Part shown: positions 26,067 through 39,113 of the stretch, piece after piece
Layout: every line of letters begins with the position of its first letter
Numbering within the stretch: the stretch's first letter is position 1
From: Cirrosporium novae-zelandiae
Lineage: Eukaryota
NCBI GenBank assembly: GCA_026023565.1
Contig: JAPETS010000020.1
Location: 496,001-560,000 of the forward strand
DNA length: 64,000 bases
Reading direction: 5' to 3'
Notes under the pieces: model-generated
Seen by the model: only the letters and a program-made list of their open reading frames with translations
What the model was told of the DNA's origin: nothing
Database searches by the model: none
Made by a program: the position numbers and the translations under genes

Positions 26067-27353
26067 TCAAGGCGTATCCCCCACCCGATAAACCAACTTC
26101 TCACCACTTACCCTACCCTCCTCTAGCATCTTCAACCCATCCGCCACACCACTCAACCCCCCCTCACACACCCTCATACGATGCGGCACCACCTTCCCAG
26201 CCGCAAACGCTCTCTCCGCAATCCCACTCCACACCTTCGCAAACTCAAAATCCTCCGGCACCGCCTCAACCGGCCACGGCCCCTCCTCCAACGGATACTC
26301 AAAATACTCCCCGAGGCACGTGATCCCGTTCACGAAGCTGACCTTAACGTCTTTGCGAGGGATATCAAAGAGGGGGAGAAGGGAACAGTATTTCAAATCT
26401 AAAGATCCGTTTGAAGAAAGAGCTTCGGCGGCGATTTTGGCGGAGGAGGGGAGGGATACGGTGTCCAGAACTAGACGGAGGGTGTTTTGGGTGTATTCTC
26501 GAATCTGGGCGCCGCATTCGGGGTCGTTGTAGTCGAAGACGGCTGCAGCACCTAGACTGCGGACGTAATCGAAGTTTTTGGGTGAGCAGGTTGTGATTGG
26601 GACGTATCCACACCTAAAAAAAAAAAGAAGAGAAATTTCGTTAGCATGACATATATCCATCGCTCCATTGCCTCATCCACTCTTCCAAGCAGACTCTCTC
26701 TTTCTCTCTCCGTCGATACTAACACAAGAACCACAGACGCACACACTGTGTACTCACAATTTCACAAACTGAATCCCCAACGCCCCACTAGCCGTACTCC
26801 CCCCATAAACAAGAACAAACCTCTTCTCCCCCCCATCTTCCTCACCCTCACCACCACCATCCCCCTCCCCTTCCACCGGCAACGGCAATCCCAAATCCCT
26901 CAACCCCAACCCAACAACCCCACACCCCACACCCACCGTACACGCCTCCTCCCACCCCCACGCCCCTGGAACCCTAATCCCCACATCCCCCTTAACAACA
27001 ATCCACTCCGCAAATGCCCCGTTCCCCTTCTCCAACCGATCATTCCCATGTGTAAATCCACAAATCCTATCCCCCCTTTTCCAATCCTTCGTAACTTCAG
27101 ACCCCACTGCAAAAACAGTACCGGAGTAGTCGAACCCGATTAGGGATCCCGGGTGGGAGGTGGGGTTTAGATGTTTGTGGTCGGCGGGGTTTAGGGCGAT
27201 GGAGTGGGTATGGATGAGGAGGTAGGTGGGGTGCAGGGTGGGGAGGAGGTGGGTGTGGGTGAGGCGGATTTTGTGGGGGGAGTGGTAGAGGACGGCTTTT
27301 TGGGTTGTTGGGAGTGGGGGAGAGGTTGGAGGGGCTGGAGTTGGTGTGGACAT
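26067..27353 (-). CDS. MDR-superfamily trans-enoyl reductase-like oxidoreductase (LovC/ToxD-like)
   Basis: IALNPADHK, GFDYSGTV, GAFAEW, LVYGGSTASGALGIQ, ITTCSPKNFDYVRSLGAAAVFDY, GRVSGEKLVY; intron 26614-26757. Confidence 0.9.
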
Positions 27354-28044
27354 GGTTGCGTTTTCTTTCTTCTAAAGCGAGAGGGTGCTGGGTAATAGGT
27401 GATAAGATAATAGATATATAGTAGATATCAAAAATATATATTTAAACCTGAACCAAGTGAGAAATACTTATCCCATACCTCTCTCCTCCCACACTCCACG
27501 AACAAGGTTATATATATACACCTTCAATTCCTCATCTTTTTTTTTTAAAAAAAAAAATCATCCATCCCCTTCCCATTTCAAATCACCGCAATCACCACCG
27601 CAACCGCCACCACCAGCGTCCTACAACATTGCACAGTCAACCACCCCCCCGCTATCCCCAGCAGCGGTTCAATTTAGTTTCGGTTCGGCTCTCCGCAAGA
27701 AATTACATTTCCAATAAAAACCTTAAATCCCCGCCCCCCATCATCTCAGCCGCTTTTTTTTAATTAATCGGAATTCCGCATCGCGTCGCCACTCCGCAAC
27801 CCTCCTTTGCAGAGCATTTGTAATACTTGATATATAATCATTTTATTTGCTGTGGGAAGTGATTATTGGGTATGATGAATCGTGATTAGGTAGTTAGTTA
27901 TGTAAGTGAAGTGGTAAGTGGTGAGTAGTATGGGGTGTATTACATTTAATTAAAATGCGGAGTTTTTTTGATTTCTGATTTTCCTTCGTGGTTTCACACG
28001 ACTATCTATACATGGAAAAACGAGTACGATATTTTTTTTTATTT

Positions 28045-29437
28045 TCACAGGGCCATTTCCGCAGCGACTTCTTGTTCAGTAATGTCGTACGCTGCCATGA
28101 TGACCTTCACGATACCCTCCAGATCCTGCGGAGTCATGATGAATGCGGGCGCGAGAAGGATATGGTCACCCCGTTTCTCATCAACGGTGCCGGCTAGGAT
28201 AGATGCTCATGCCCATATCCAAAGCATGCTGATGCACTCTGGCTGTAAACGCCAGCTTCGGATCCAAACTCTCTCGCGTTTCTTTATCCTTCGCAAACTC
28301 CACCGCGTAGAACAAGCCACGGCCTCGGATGTTTCTCACATATTTTTTCCCTGCCAGGGATGAGGTGAGTAGTTGTTCTAGCACTTTGCCCATCTTTTTG
28401 CTGTTGGCTACGAGGTTGTCTCTCTTGACAATGTTTTGGACCGCTAGTGCGGAGGCGCAGGCGACGGGGTGAGCTTGGAAAGTACAGGCCTGGTTGAACC
28501 AACCGGATCCTGATTCGATAGCTTCAATGACTCGGCTATTGGCTAGCATTCCTGGAATGGGGATGTAGCCTGCTCCTAGACCTTTGCCAATGGTGAAAAT
28601 GTCCGGAACGACACCCTCATCCTGCCAGGCGAAGATGCTGCCTGTCCGACTCATGCCGCACATGACTTCGGCAAGGATGAACAGCCTGGAGGCAGTCCGG
28701 GACTGGCGGGTGTCAGCCAGAAGCTGACCCGCTGACAGTTTCTGCGAAAAAGGCTATCACATTCTCAGGCCCCAGACGCTGGAATTCGTCTTCTAGCTCT
28801 TGATCCAGCCTTGACACATAGTCATTGGTTGTTTCGTGTTCATGTCGGTACTGGTATGGATAACATGGGCCCACGTGGCTGGTGTTAGGCATTAAGATTC
28901 CTTTACACTGCTTTACGCGAGAAGCAGCTGTTGACAAGCTGAGGGAACTAATGGTGCTCTCATGGTAGGCCTGGCGTCGAGAGATGAACTTGGTGCGTTG
29001 CAGTTGTCCTTTCTCGTAGAAATATTGACTAGCAAGTTTGATCACCGCATCGTTGGCCTCACTTCCACTCCCGACAAGGTAGACCTTGGAGAACCCATTT
29101 GAAGCACGAGGGATTCCGCGACGACGGTTGTATAAGCCACATTCTGAACATACAATACTTGTTACATCTAATCCACCGCTGCTTTCAAAACCCCACTATT
29201 TCCATGACCAATTGCAGCAGCCGTCGCGCCCCCCGATGCGTCTATAACGATGCCCTTATCAGGTAGATTGATTGTAAGCTTTGATGCTGCAGTTGCAAGG
29301 AACGGTCTCGTCTTGAGCATATAGTGCATCAGGTTTAGTTCAGATCGGGAGGACCAGAAATCTTTCGAGTAGTTAACACTAGACGCATCCTCACTCCCGG
29401 AGTGGACTGCAAGAGACTCTGAAGCTTGATCCTCCAT
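28045..29437 (-). pseudogene. Disabled class-III PLP-dependent aminotransferase
   Basis: Motifs DASGGA--AAIGHGN, GSGSEA, RRQAYH, EVMCGMSRTG, TIGKGLGAGY, RGRGLF, GDHILLAP are present. They are interrupted by stops (29168, 29162, 28713) and frameshifts (about 29105, 28680, 28196) that lack splice signals. Confidence 0.88.
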
Positions 29438-30705
29438 CTTTTAGAGTATAACATTTGAAAGGCTAAACAAGGTAGAATAATAGATGGTATATCAATACCG
29501 CAGCCCAGGCCTCAGCCGAGCCGATACCGGCTACTGCATAGTAATCAAGGTCGAAGGGCGTGGACCTTGCCTCCGACAAGGCGTGACCAAAACACTCGGA
29601 ATACTACATATGACAAGCATTGATGCAGGTCATATGTCTAACAGATTTTGGAATGAAAAAGGATGGATTCGATTACTTCATAATGGTATATAGCTACTTA
29701 ATTACAAGGAACAAAAACCCAATACCAGTACAGAGTATAAATAACAAGGCTAATTAGTCCTTGATTGTATTAGCGGGAGACGTCGGGGGGAACAGTTGCC
29801 GAAAGCCTTGGGAGCTGAATACCACAGAGCAAAGCAGGTAGTTAAAACTACATTATAATTTCATCTCCTTGACACAGATATATATATATCCACCTATGCT
29901 CCCATTTCCATGATGCTTCCACTATCACCACTTACTATTCTAGCTACTATACCCTTACCCATCCTAAGAATCTTTAAGCCTTGAGTCTTGAGTCTTGAAA
30001 GTGAACGACATCTACGAGAGGTGTACTGTAGCACCATTATCCCAGATAGAGAAGGCAATACTACATTGAAATTCTTGCAGTTTGAGAGGCCTCCGGAGAG
30101 GTATCCTACAGCTCTACAAACCCCCATTCAGTAATAGCTAGCCTCCAGCAGAAAAAAAAAATACTTGGTAGTCTAGTGGCCCAGCCCCTCCACCCCCTCA
30201 TTCTCGGGCATATATTAATCCCCGAGAGATGATAATATGATTTGAAGGGGATTCGCATCAAACCATCCTTGATCAACGAGACAATGTCCGTTCAATTGGT
30301 ATCTTATCACAAATAGAGGAAGCAAGACAGTACAGTACTTCAAGTTTCCTGGCAGCAGCAGCAGCACCGTACTTACATCGTCCGTATATTATATTATAAA
30401 TCATATATTTCGCAGAGTAGTACAATAATCCCTGCAACGTACATGTACGCTACCAAGCACACCGGATATCTTTAAAGCACATGAACTTGTCTATAAGACT
30501 TTTGAGTAACAGAAAAAGCCTACGGGCCTCTCCGAAGGCGCTAGATAGCAAAAAAGGGTATTTAACGTTGGCACGATCTCCCCCCTCCAGTTCAGATATG
30601 TACATGTACAACTAGAACTTATTTTACATTTTCTACGGTTTCTGGATCGCTACATCTTCTTAGGAAATATATCATAGGTCAATTTACTTGCACCGATTAT
30701 TTAGC

Positions 30706-31849
30706 ATGTCTAAAGACTATTTACCTTATAGTAAGTCCCAAATTCTACAACCGTTATTTTTCTAATATGCTCTGATACAAATATCTTCTTCTAGCCACCC
30801 TTGATGTCTTTACGGCAGAAAGGTACTGTTCAATCGAAAATATATCCTTCCCCCCACCTTCATTTTTATGCATTCATTACACCGATATCATTTGATCCCG
30901 TCCCTGTAGCTAACACAATATCCACCCACTCCTAAGACTCCAAGGAAACCAGCTCGCTGTAGTCGAAGTAGGATCCCGCTCGCTTTCTCCAGAGCAGAAG
31001 CTGAAGATAACCCGAGAATTCAACTTCTCGGAAACCGTATTCCTGCACGAGGTGGAGCAGCCGGGCCAGAAGTGCAGGATCGAGATATTCACCCTCACCG
31101 GAGAGCTGGATTTCGCCGGCCACCCTGTCATCGGTTCGGGACATTATCTCTTTAAAAATAAGCTGGCTGTTGAAGGCGGCGGCGATGCGCAGCTGGATGG
31201 CCAACATGCCACCCTTATCACAAAATCCGGTCCGGTCACCATACAGTACGACCGAGCCAACCAGACCGTCACGGCCAATATTCCTCACAACGTCCATGTA
31301 CACTCTCACAAGATAGCCAGAGATCAAATCCTCTCCACCCAACCGCATCTAAAACTCGTCGCCGAGACATCAAACATGAAGGACGAATACCCAATGACTT
31401 CCATCGTCAAGGGCGTCACATTCGCCCTAATCGATCTGACCGATGTCCCGAGCCTGATAACGCAACTGAAGCGGGGAGACTCCCCACAAGTCCAAATGGA
31501 TGAAACCTGGCTCCCCTCCTTCATCGGTTGCATGTACTACCGAAGGGTTTCATCAGATTCTTCTTCCTCCCCATCGGTCGAACATCTGCACGTCCGTATG
31601 ATTGCGATCGGTTTGGAGGATCCCGCCTGCGGGAGTGGCTCGAGTGCACTAGCGGCCTATCTGTCCCTTCAGAAAGGTGACAAGAATGGGAAATATGTTT
31701 ATAGGATCGATCAGGGATTGGAAATGGGGAGACGGAGCCACATCATCGTGAACGTGCAGCTAGATGATCAGGGTACTGGCATTGCTAGCATCGCGCTCAC
31801 CGGTCAGGCGGCCTTTACCATGGAAGGGAAGTTGTTTCTGACGGGTTAA
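30706..31849 (+). CDS. PhzF/diaminopimelate-epimerase-like isomerase
   Basis: Spliced N-terminus MSKDYLPYTTLDVFTAER|LQGNQLAVV (introns 30731-30794, 30823-30936); EFNFSETVF, IFT--GELDFAGHPVIG, EDPACGSG, QGLEMGRRS. Confidence 0.92.
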
Positions 31850-32722
31850 GGAGGCGAGTAAATCTTATTAGCATAGCAATGAGTAGACGATTTTGTAGGT
31901 GTAAATTATTTCTTACACCTAGGCCATTTAGCTACCCTTTCCTCACACCTCACACCTAAAGAGAGTAAAAAAAACTTTTAAGAGAGAAATGCTTTCAACG
32001 TTTACCAATATGCATCAAGAAGGGGAGACTTTTCAAAATCCTGAGGTGTTCTTCTAGGTAGCACAGAATAAGTGACAAGAATACTTATTTCTATTCAGAG
32101 AGAGGTGGGGGTAGACACAACCTAGTAATATTTACAGCAAACAAAAAACACAGAACCACATTTTCTTTTTTTTTTCATCCCCAGAAACTGGAGGTCTTTT
32201 TCATTTATCCTAATTTTTTTGGCAAAGCTTGGTGTTGGGTGCCTAAGTACATACATGTAGGGGGAACGGGTGTTTTTCTTTTTTTTGAACACGAAACTTG
32301 AAACTGAACATGCGTAGACGTGATGAAAGAAGAAAGCGGGGGTAGAATATTAAGGTAGAGGTGAGGTTTCGATAAAGTCCCTCCTTTCACCACGTGGGTG
32401 GATGCACGGATGCATATCTCGGCGCCATTATCCTCACTTCGTCTGATATCGGCCCGGATCGGATAGGATCGGAACATTGCAATGGCGCGTCATAGCGTGT
32501 CGCGTTCACGTCATTAACAAAGGAAATTTCAACATGAGAATGTAAAGAAGTGCTCGTAAAAACCACGGGGCAAACTCATTAGGGATTAAATCATCGATAA
32601 AAGAAATAAAACACGCCAGAGGGTATCTTTAACATTGTAAGACGCCTGTTCTTAACCGCCGTCATTCGTAAAAACCTCCTGCAACTGTAGCATGTAAGGG
32701 TATTCGTTTTCTCATTCTGACC

Positions 32723-33969
32723 TTAGTCTGAAAGATGATTGACCCCATTCATGTTCAAATTCCCGACACCACTACTAGCAAAGACATAACTATCATCCAG
32801 GTTTTCACCACCATCGGCAAAACCAATCTCATCATCATCAAGGCCCAGTGTATCATCAAAATCGGCGCAGAGACGATAGCGCTCTTGGAATTCAGATGGC
32901 AAGTGCTCCTGGTGTCGATCACGGTCAGCTATAACCTGGTCCTTCAACTCATGAGCCAAGTCTAAGACTTGGTTGGCACGACGAGTTAGGCGGTTATATT
33001 TCGTCAAAAGCTTGTAAAAGCCTGCTCGTACAGACTTAGCCTCATCAATCTTAGCCTTCAAGTCGTCCCTTAACTTTTCGTTATCGTCGCGAGCCTCAAC
33101 AAATGCCGTGTTTAGTGATAGGTAGTGACTTCTTAGTCCAATGAACGCATTCGCTGTAGCGGTCATTCCAGGAACGTTGTGAGTATCAATCAGATTAGGT
33201 TGCATTGTAGGAGGAGGTGTCCATGTGGCTGAGCTAGGATCTTCCATCTTGGTATTAATGGGTGGGAGATCTTTATGTGCCTTTCGCCCGCTTGCAGGAG
33301 TAGCTGGAGTAATTTTCCTTGAGAAGTTCATAGGAGTTTGAGGGGGAGCAGTATGAGGGGGAGCAGTATGAGGGGGAGCAGTATGAGGGGGAGCAGTATG
33401 AGTAGTAGCAGTTTGAGCAACAGCAGTTTGAGTACCAGAGTTCCCCATTCTTTCACGGAACGAAAGGTTCGTGTCTAAGGCAAGTGGTAATGCGGCCATC
33501 ATTGCTTGATACACCACACCTTTTCTTCGAGAATTAGATGACTTGCTAGAAGGACTCGAAGTCTCTTGAACAGATTCTTTCGTGATAGTCTCTTGCTGTC
33601 GTATGACAACAGATGGAGCTTCGGAAGCTCTTTCACCCCAAGAAGCTGATCGAGACTGCAAGCCTATATAAGGTTAGATGCCGGTGAAGTATAGGTCGAA
33701 ATGGAAATAAACTCACTTGATAACTTCTCTTTAGAGCTCGGAGGAGAGGGGATGAGGTGAGACTGGTCAGTAACTTCAGAGCGCTCGTTTGAAAGGCCTT
33801 GAGGAGTAGTTGAATAGCTTCGTGGGATTGATAAAGGTTCTATAAGCGGTGATCCTCTACTTAGAGCGACAGCGAGTGCAAGGTTGGCATAGGATGGGTA
33901 AAAATCACGAGGTTGACGTGAGGATTTGGATAAGTTCTTGGTCATAGACTGAGTGGGAGTTGATGCCAT
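32723..33969 (-). CDS. Hypothetical protein: S/T/P-rich low-complexity N-terminus with C-terminal coiled coil
   Basis: ORFs 33664-34020 and 32723-33661 join in frame via intron 33664-33716 (GTGAGT...CTAAC...TAG). Start codon uncertain; no family recognised. Confidence 0.65.
33339..33398. repeat. Coding minisatellite, 15 bp x4 (encodes a HTAPP repeat on the minus strand)
   Basis: TGAGGGGGAGCAGTA repeated four times in tandem. Confidence 0.95.
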
Positions 33970-34602
33970 TGTAAATAGAAGCCCTATGTGGTCCGTGCGG
34001 GGTGCGTCTTTCAAGTACACCAGGCAGCTCCTAATATGGAAAACGCCGTCACGTATTTACACAGTTCAACTCACATAAACAAGGGAGCTCTTGGACTCGA
34101 GTTCTACTAACAGAAGGGGAACAAAGACCTCAATAGCTCGCCACAGAACTTTTAACTACAGCAATTTCGAAGCCAGAGACTCTATTTAGAAAGGTAAGAA
34201 TCTGCGCATCCATAAAAATGATATTGCTTACCTTTATCACCACACAGCTGAAATCACTTTGTCGGCGCCCAAAACAACTGAAAACTAGTCGTTTGTCTAC
34301 GATCCAACCAGCGTCCTTCACTAACAGTCAGAGAAAATATTAGAAAAAGCTAGGATGTCACAAAAAGAATTTGCTCGTGGTATAGCTCAAGAATAGAGGA
34401 TATACCAACAGGTGGAGTAGATGAATGAGTCGTCGAGGATGCGCGAGTAATCGATTCGACTATAACGCCTCGATCTAGAATTGATGCTCTACGTTAAAAT
34501 AAGAGGTGGTCCGTTCGTATGATATACAATGTGATGAAAAAGGGGAATTGAAAACCAGTGCTAGCAAGTGAGGCCCATGGATAATCAGATGACAGTGGCA
34601 CC

Positions 34603-37600
34603 CTACTTCTTCCCTTTACCTTTTGGCCTTCCGCGGCCCTTCTTTGGTTTTACCTCCTCATCGTCATCCATATCCTCCTCATCGTTAGCCTTGCCCTTGC
34701 CCTTACCCTTCTTCTTTCCACCACCCTTGGTATCCGCCTTCTTAGCAGGCTTGCTTTTTGCAGCCTTGACATACTTATCCTTCTTCAACTCCTGCGCCCG
34801 AGCTTCTTCTTCCTTTTTCTTTTTCTCCTCTGGGTCCGTGATTTCCTCCGCTTCGGACTCTACGACCTCCTCGTCTGACTCTTCGAAGGCCTCATCAAGG
34901 TCAGGCCTCTCTTTGCTCACCTTCTTGGGGTCAGCAACACTACTAGCTTTCATAAAAGGCAATGGATGCGTTTGCTGATTATATTTCCTCGTAAATGCTC
35001 CTCTGACTTTGGCGTCAATTTTGACCTTGTCCTCAGCCATAGGACCCACGCCGAGCTCGATAATGGCATCCCAGTCATCTTTTGTCAAATAATAGCTGTC
35101 CATCAGCTCAATAATTTCAGGGATTTGGTCTTGACCCAGAATTTGAAGCTCTTTCACGAGCTGGTGCCAGAGAAGAGGCAAATACTCCTGCCGAATTGCA
35201 TGGCGGTCCGCGGAAGAACGAAGACGCATATGTCCTTGGACTTCTTTGATGAGACGCATGAGTTTGGCTAGAAGGTGGTCAGCACCATCCATAATCTACC
35301 ATAGAGAAAAGGATACTTACTTTGCTTGCTATTGTTGCCCAGCCAGGCTGTAAACTCTGTTCGGCCTCCTCCTGCTAGACTTCCAGCCATGAAGCTTGCA
35401 GGACGGACGAAACCGAAAATCGAGTGTTCATTCATCAACGTCCACTGCTGTTGTGACCCATGAATCATTCGATCAACAAGGTCACCATCGCTAATACTTT
35501 CAGCGGCATTATCAATTAACTCTAACAATTTCAGCTGGCGTTCCTTGCCCGAGTAAGTATTAGCTCGTATTGGAGATGCCTTGAGATAATTCTCCTGCAA
35601 CATGAGTGGGGCGAACTCGAAATCGTTGAAGTAGAGCTCCGTCTTATCGCTCAAAGACGCTGTAGAGTTTGGCGCAAACATATGACCGCCAAGTATCTTG
35701 GTAACAATATCCCAAGGCTTGAGAATAACATGCTTCTGCCAAGCTTTGGACATTTCCTTTCCCTTGTCGAAGCTCATGGCTTCTTGGTCGAGCTTAACGG
35801 TAGAAAGCATGTTGACGCATTGACGAAGGTCTGCATGGGTACCCTCGATAAGAGCATCTAGGGCAGGGGGTGGTATTTTCATGCCTTCCCGATAGCAGAT
35901 GGTCATCATCCTCGAACGGATTTGTTCTGTAGTCGGCCGCCTGAATGGCATATCAAAGGTGATACCGTCAAAAGGTCTCATCTTTGGGCTCCTCCGTTCA
36001 TTGCAAATGAGAATCATGGGTATCTGTGTTTTCTTGGCGATTGCAGCAAGGGTTCCAACACCACCTCGATCACCACCAGACATTCCATCGACTTCGTCCA
36101 TGATGAGGACAAGTTTCTTGTTCTCAGACTCAACCACCTTCCCGTCTCCGGCAAAATAACCACGAATAGATGTTGTGTCTAAGACATCCCCGAGACTTTC
36201 TTGAAGAAGTTTTTTGTTTCGAGTATCACTAGCATTCATCTCAAGAACATCGAATCCCTCGAGCTTGGCAACTAGATGTGCTGCGGTGGTTTTGCCGATC
36301 CCAGGTGGTCCATGGATCATTACAGCACGGAAGACGCCAAAACCCTCCTTGCCGGCAAGCTTGAACTTCTTTCTGGCACTTTCATGCCAGCCTCGAAGCC
36401 AAGTCTGAAGCTTCGTCACTTGCGCCTTGTTTCCAACAATCATATTCATGTTTGACGGAGCATATTTGGTAGTCCAAAGTCTTGATTCCACCTCTGGACC
36501 GACAGAGGCCTGTGCTGGAGGGCCCCCATTGCTAGATTCTCCCGCCTGTTTAGACCGTTTCTCCTCTTTATCAATCTCTTTTGCCATCTGTCTAATTTTT
36601 TCCCCTTCTTTTTCTTTCTTTTCTTTGATCTTTTCAGCGGCCTTACCATCCCCACCATTAGCAGGGAGACGCCTAATGAGCTCGAACAAGCCGTCTTCAT
36701 TGATAGTCTTCAAGTTATGTTTTTTGATGGTCTCGAGTTTCCTAGGACCAGCGTCGTTACCCAAGACAACATAACTAGTTTTGCTGCTTGGTGCAGTGGT
36801 GACCTTGCCCCCATAACGTTTAACTAGCTCTTGACCCTTATCACGTTCCAAGGACTCTAAAACGCCAGTGAAGACAAAAGCTAGTCCTTGCAAACAGTTC
36901 TCCTCCCCGACAGGAAGATCCTTACTCCCAGCAGCAGGTGGGGCCTCTTGTTGCTTGCCGAATTGCCATTTTTTAGGCTCTCCGGATGTTGGAGGTGGGG
37001 TAGGTGGTCGAACAGTAGGAATGCTATTAAAGATGTCCTGAAGCTCCTTACTCTCAGGCTGTTCCTCTTTCTTGGCACGAGGCTTCCGTGGGGATTTAGT
37101 GGATTTGGCTTTCTTGGGTGCTGGATCATCCTCGTCATCCTCATCAACGACTTTGGATTTGCGTTTTCTACTAGCTGTTGAGGGTTTCGGCTTTTCATCG
37201 ACAAATTCTTCATCGTCGTCTGGAACGATGAGGTTTTCATCTGGATCAACCTCTTTCATATTAATATCTTCTTCCTCAGAAAGAGTTTTCTTCTCTTTCT
37301 TTTTACTGTGTAACGCCAGCTTTTGCTTCGAAGATGGTTTTCGGACGGGTATGACATCTTCCTCTTCCTCATCACTCTCGACATATGCATCAGGCCCTTC
37401 CCCAGGCTTTTGAAACTCTGCCTGGAAGATATCGTCTGCATCATCATCATCATCATCGTCAAGGAAGTTCTCTTCAGTGTAAGTCTTGACGTCTGACTTC
37501 CTTGTCGAAGCTCGTGTAGGTGTCGCTTTGGGAGCCTCTGGTACGCTCTTTGCTGGTTTGGCCTTCTTAGAAGGTGCCGATCGAGAAGGTTTTGACTTGC

Positions 37601-39113
37601 CATTGGTGGCAAAATAATCAGATGTAGTAGTGGCTTCGCCTTTAGGTGATTCATTCCTCCTAGTAAGGTTATGTTGTTAGGTATTGGAATTATAACGTGA
37701 ATCGATTGAGAATAGTAGTCTTACACTCGCTTTCTTGGAGCTGCCTTTTGAGGGGTAGCCTTCTTGGGTCTAAAATAATGTTAGTTGACTTTGGCAAAAA
37801 GTCATATAGGCTTACTCACTCTTTATTATCATCATCTTCATCGCTATCATCGATGACCATCCTCTTAGAAGCTATGGGAAATAAGCAAAAGTTCAATTGC
37901 TAAGGGATATACCTTATACTTGCCTCGACCTCTTTTCTTAGGTGCAGGAGCCTGTTTCATTATAACATCCATGTTAGCCAATTGAACAATATCTGCAGCG
38001 AATGAAAGATCAACAAGGAATAGAAGATATAAAACTTATAGACAGATAGATAGTGCGGAAAGGACCAGAGCTTGCAGAAAGAAAAAGGGCCAAGGTGGGA
38101 TGGGAAAAGCAATGATTGTTTCGAAGTTAGAGGATTAAGCGAGAAGGATAGAATGAATGAGTAAATAAGCAATAAGGCTCCAGACGGGGAAAAGGTGCCC
38201 GACCCGCCGAGGGCTATCAATTCCCCCTCCTCCGAGCACGTTACTATCTTGTAGTCTTGCTATGCAGTCAATCAAAGGGGGAATAATAAGCACGAGATGA
38301 AAATAGAGCCTAGTAGTAGAGCAAGGGTGAAGAGGCAGATATCCCAGTCCTACAAACGGACTCATGGCATCACACAATGTTCACGCTTCTACCAGACCCA
38401 TACATAAAGAGACTCGTCTGGGGAGAGTACTCGAAGGGGATAGATTAGAACCAAACAGCTAGTAGTTGAATCGAGAACTAGCCGGATGATAGGGAAAGAG
38501 ATTGACAGGGTAAGCTGACTCTGCAGACTGGCTATGCGTCTGCTTAACGATCTCAAGAAATCCAGCAGGGAAACTAGAGAACCCAATAAAAGCCGAGAAA
38601 CTCAGCAAAATGTACATAGATGAATAAAAAGGGGTGTATGCCAGCAGTGAAACATAAAACCTTCCTTTACCCAACCCTACTCCAGACCCATAGATAATCG
38701 AACAGGAATGAACAGACATGATAGTAGATCATAGTCTTAAGCTATTCAATATTCCTTTTACCCCACCAACTTGGGGGCTTTATTCAACATATGGCATTAT
38801 GACATGGAGAAGAAGTATAGGAAAAGGGGTAGGGGCTTGACTGCTATAGAGATTTTTTTATAGTCTTTCATCGTCACTAATGGCCATGGGCAATTGTTCC
38901 AAATCGATAATGCAATTAAAAAAACATATCGACAGCGAGTGGGTGAGATGAATAGATAAAGCAATGCAATTCAGAATATACGAGTTCTTTCTAGAGGTAT
39001 TATCTTAACAAAATATTATAGCCTACCTCCTGCTTTTTCTTCTCTTGACTCAATCCTCCTAGACTCCCCTGGCTTCCTTTCCCACCAAAGAAATTTCGGA
39101 TATCGGCAGGCAT
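34603..39113 (-). CDS. RFC1: Replication factor C large subunit (BRCT + AAA+)
   Basis: Exon 1 MPADIRNFFGGK (39027-39113); BRCT CLQGLAFVFTGVL...YGGKVTTAPSSKT; Walker A GPPGIGKTT; MDEVDGMSGGDRGG; WLGNNSK. First intron 37952-39026. Confidence 0.96.

Noticed and set aside
31896..31921. 9-bp hairpin TAGGTGTAA-N8-TTACACCTA after PhzF as a terminator or MITE end
   Set aside because: Eukaryotic 3' UTR, short, with no target-site duplication or second copy; could be chance.
38671..38680. Telomerase RNA template-like CCAACCCTAC in the RFC1 intron
   Set aside because: Does not match a 1.5-repeat TAACCCTAA template; no pseudoknot or CR4/5 element recognised.
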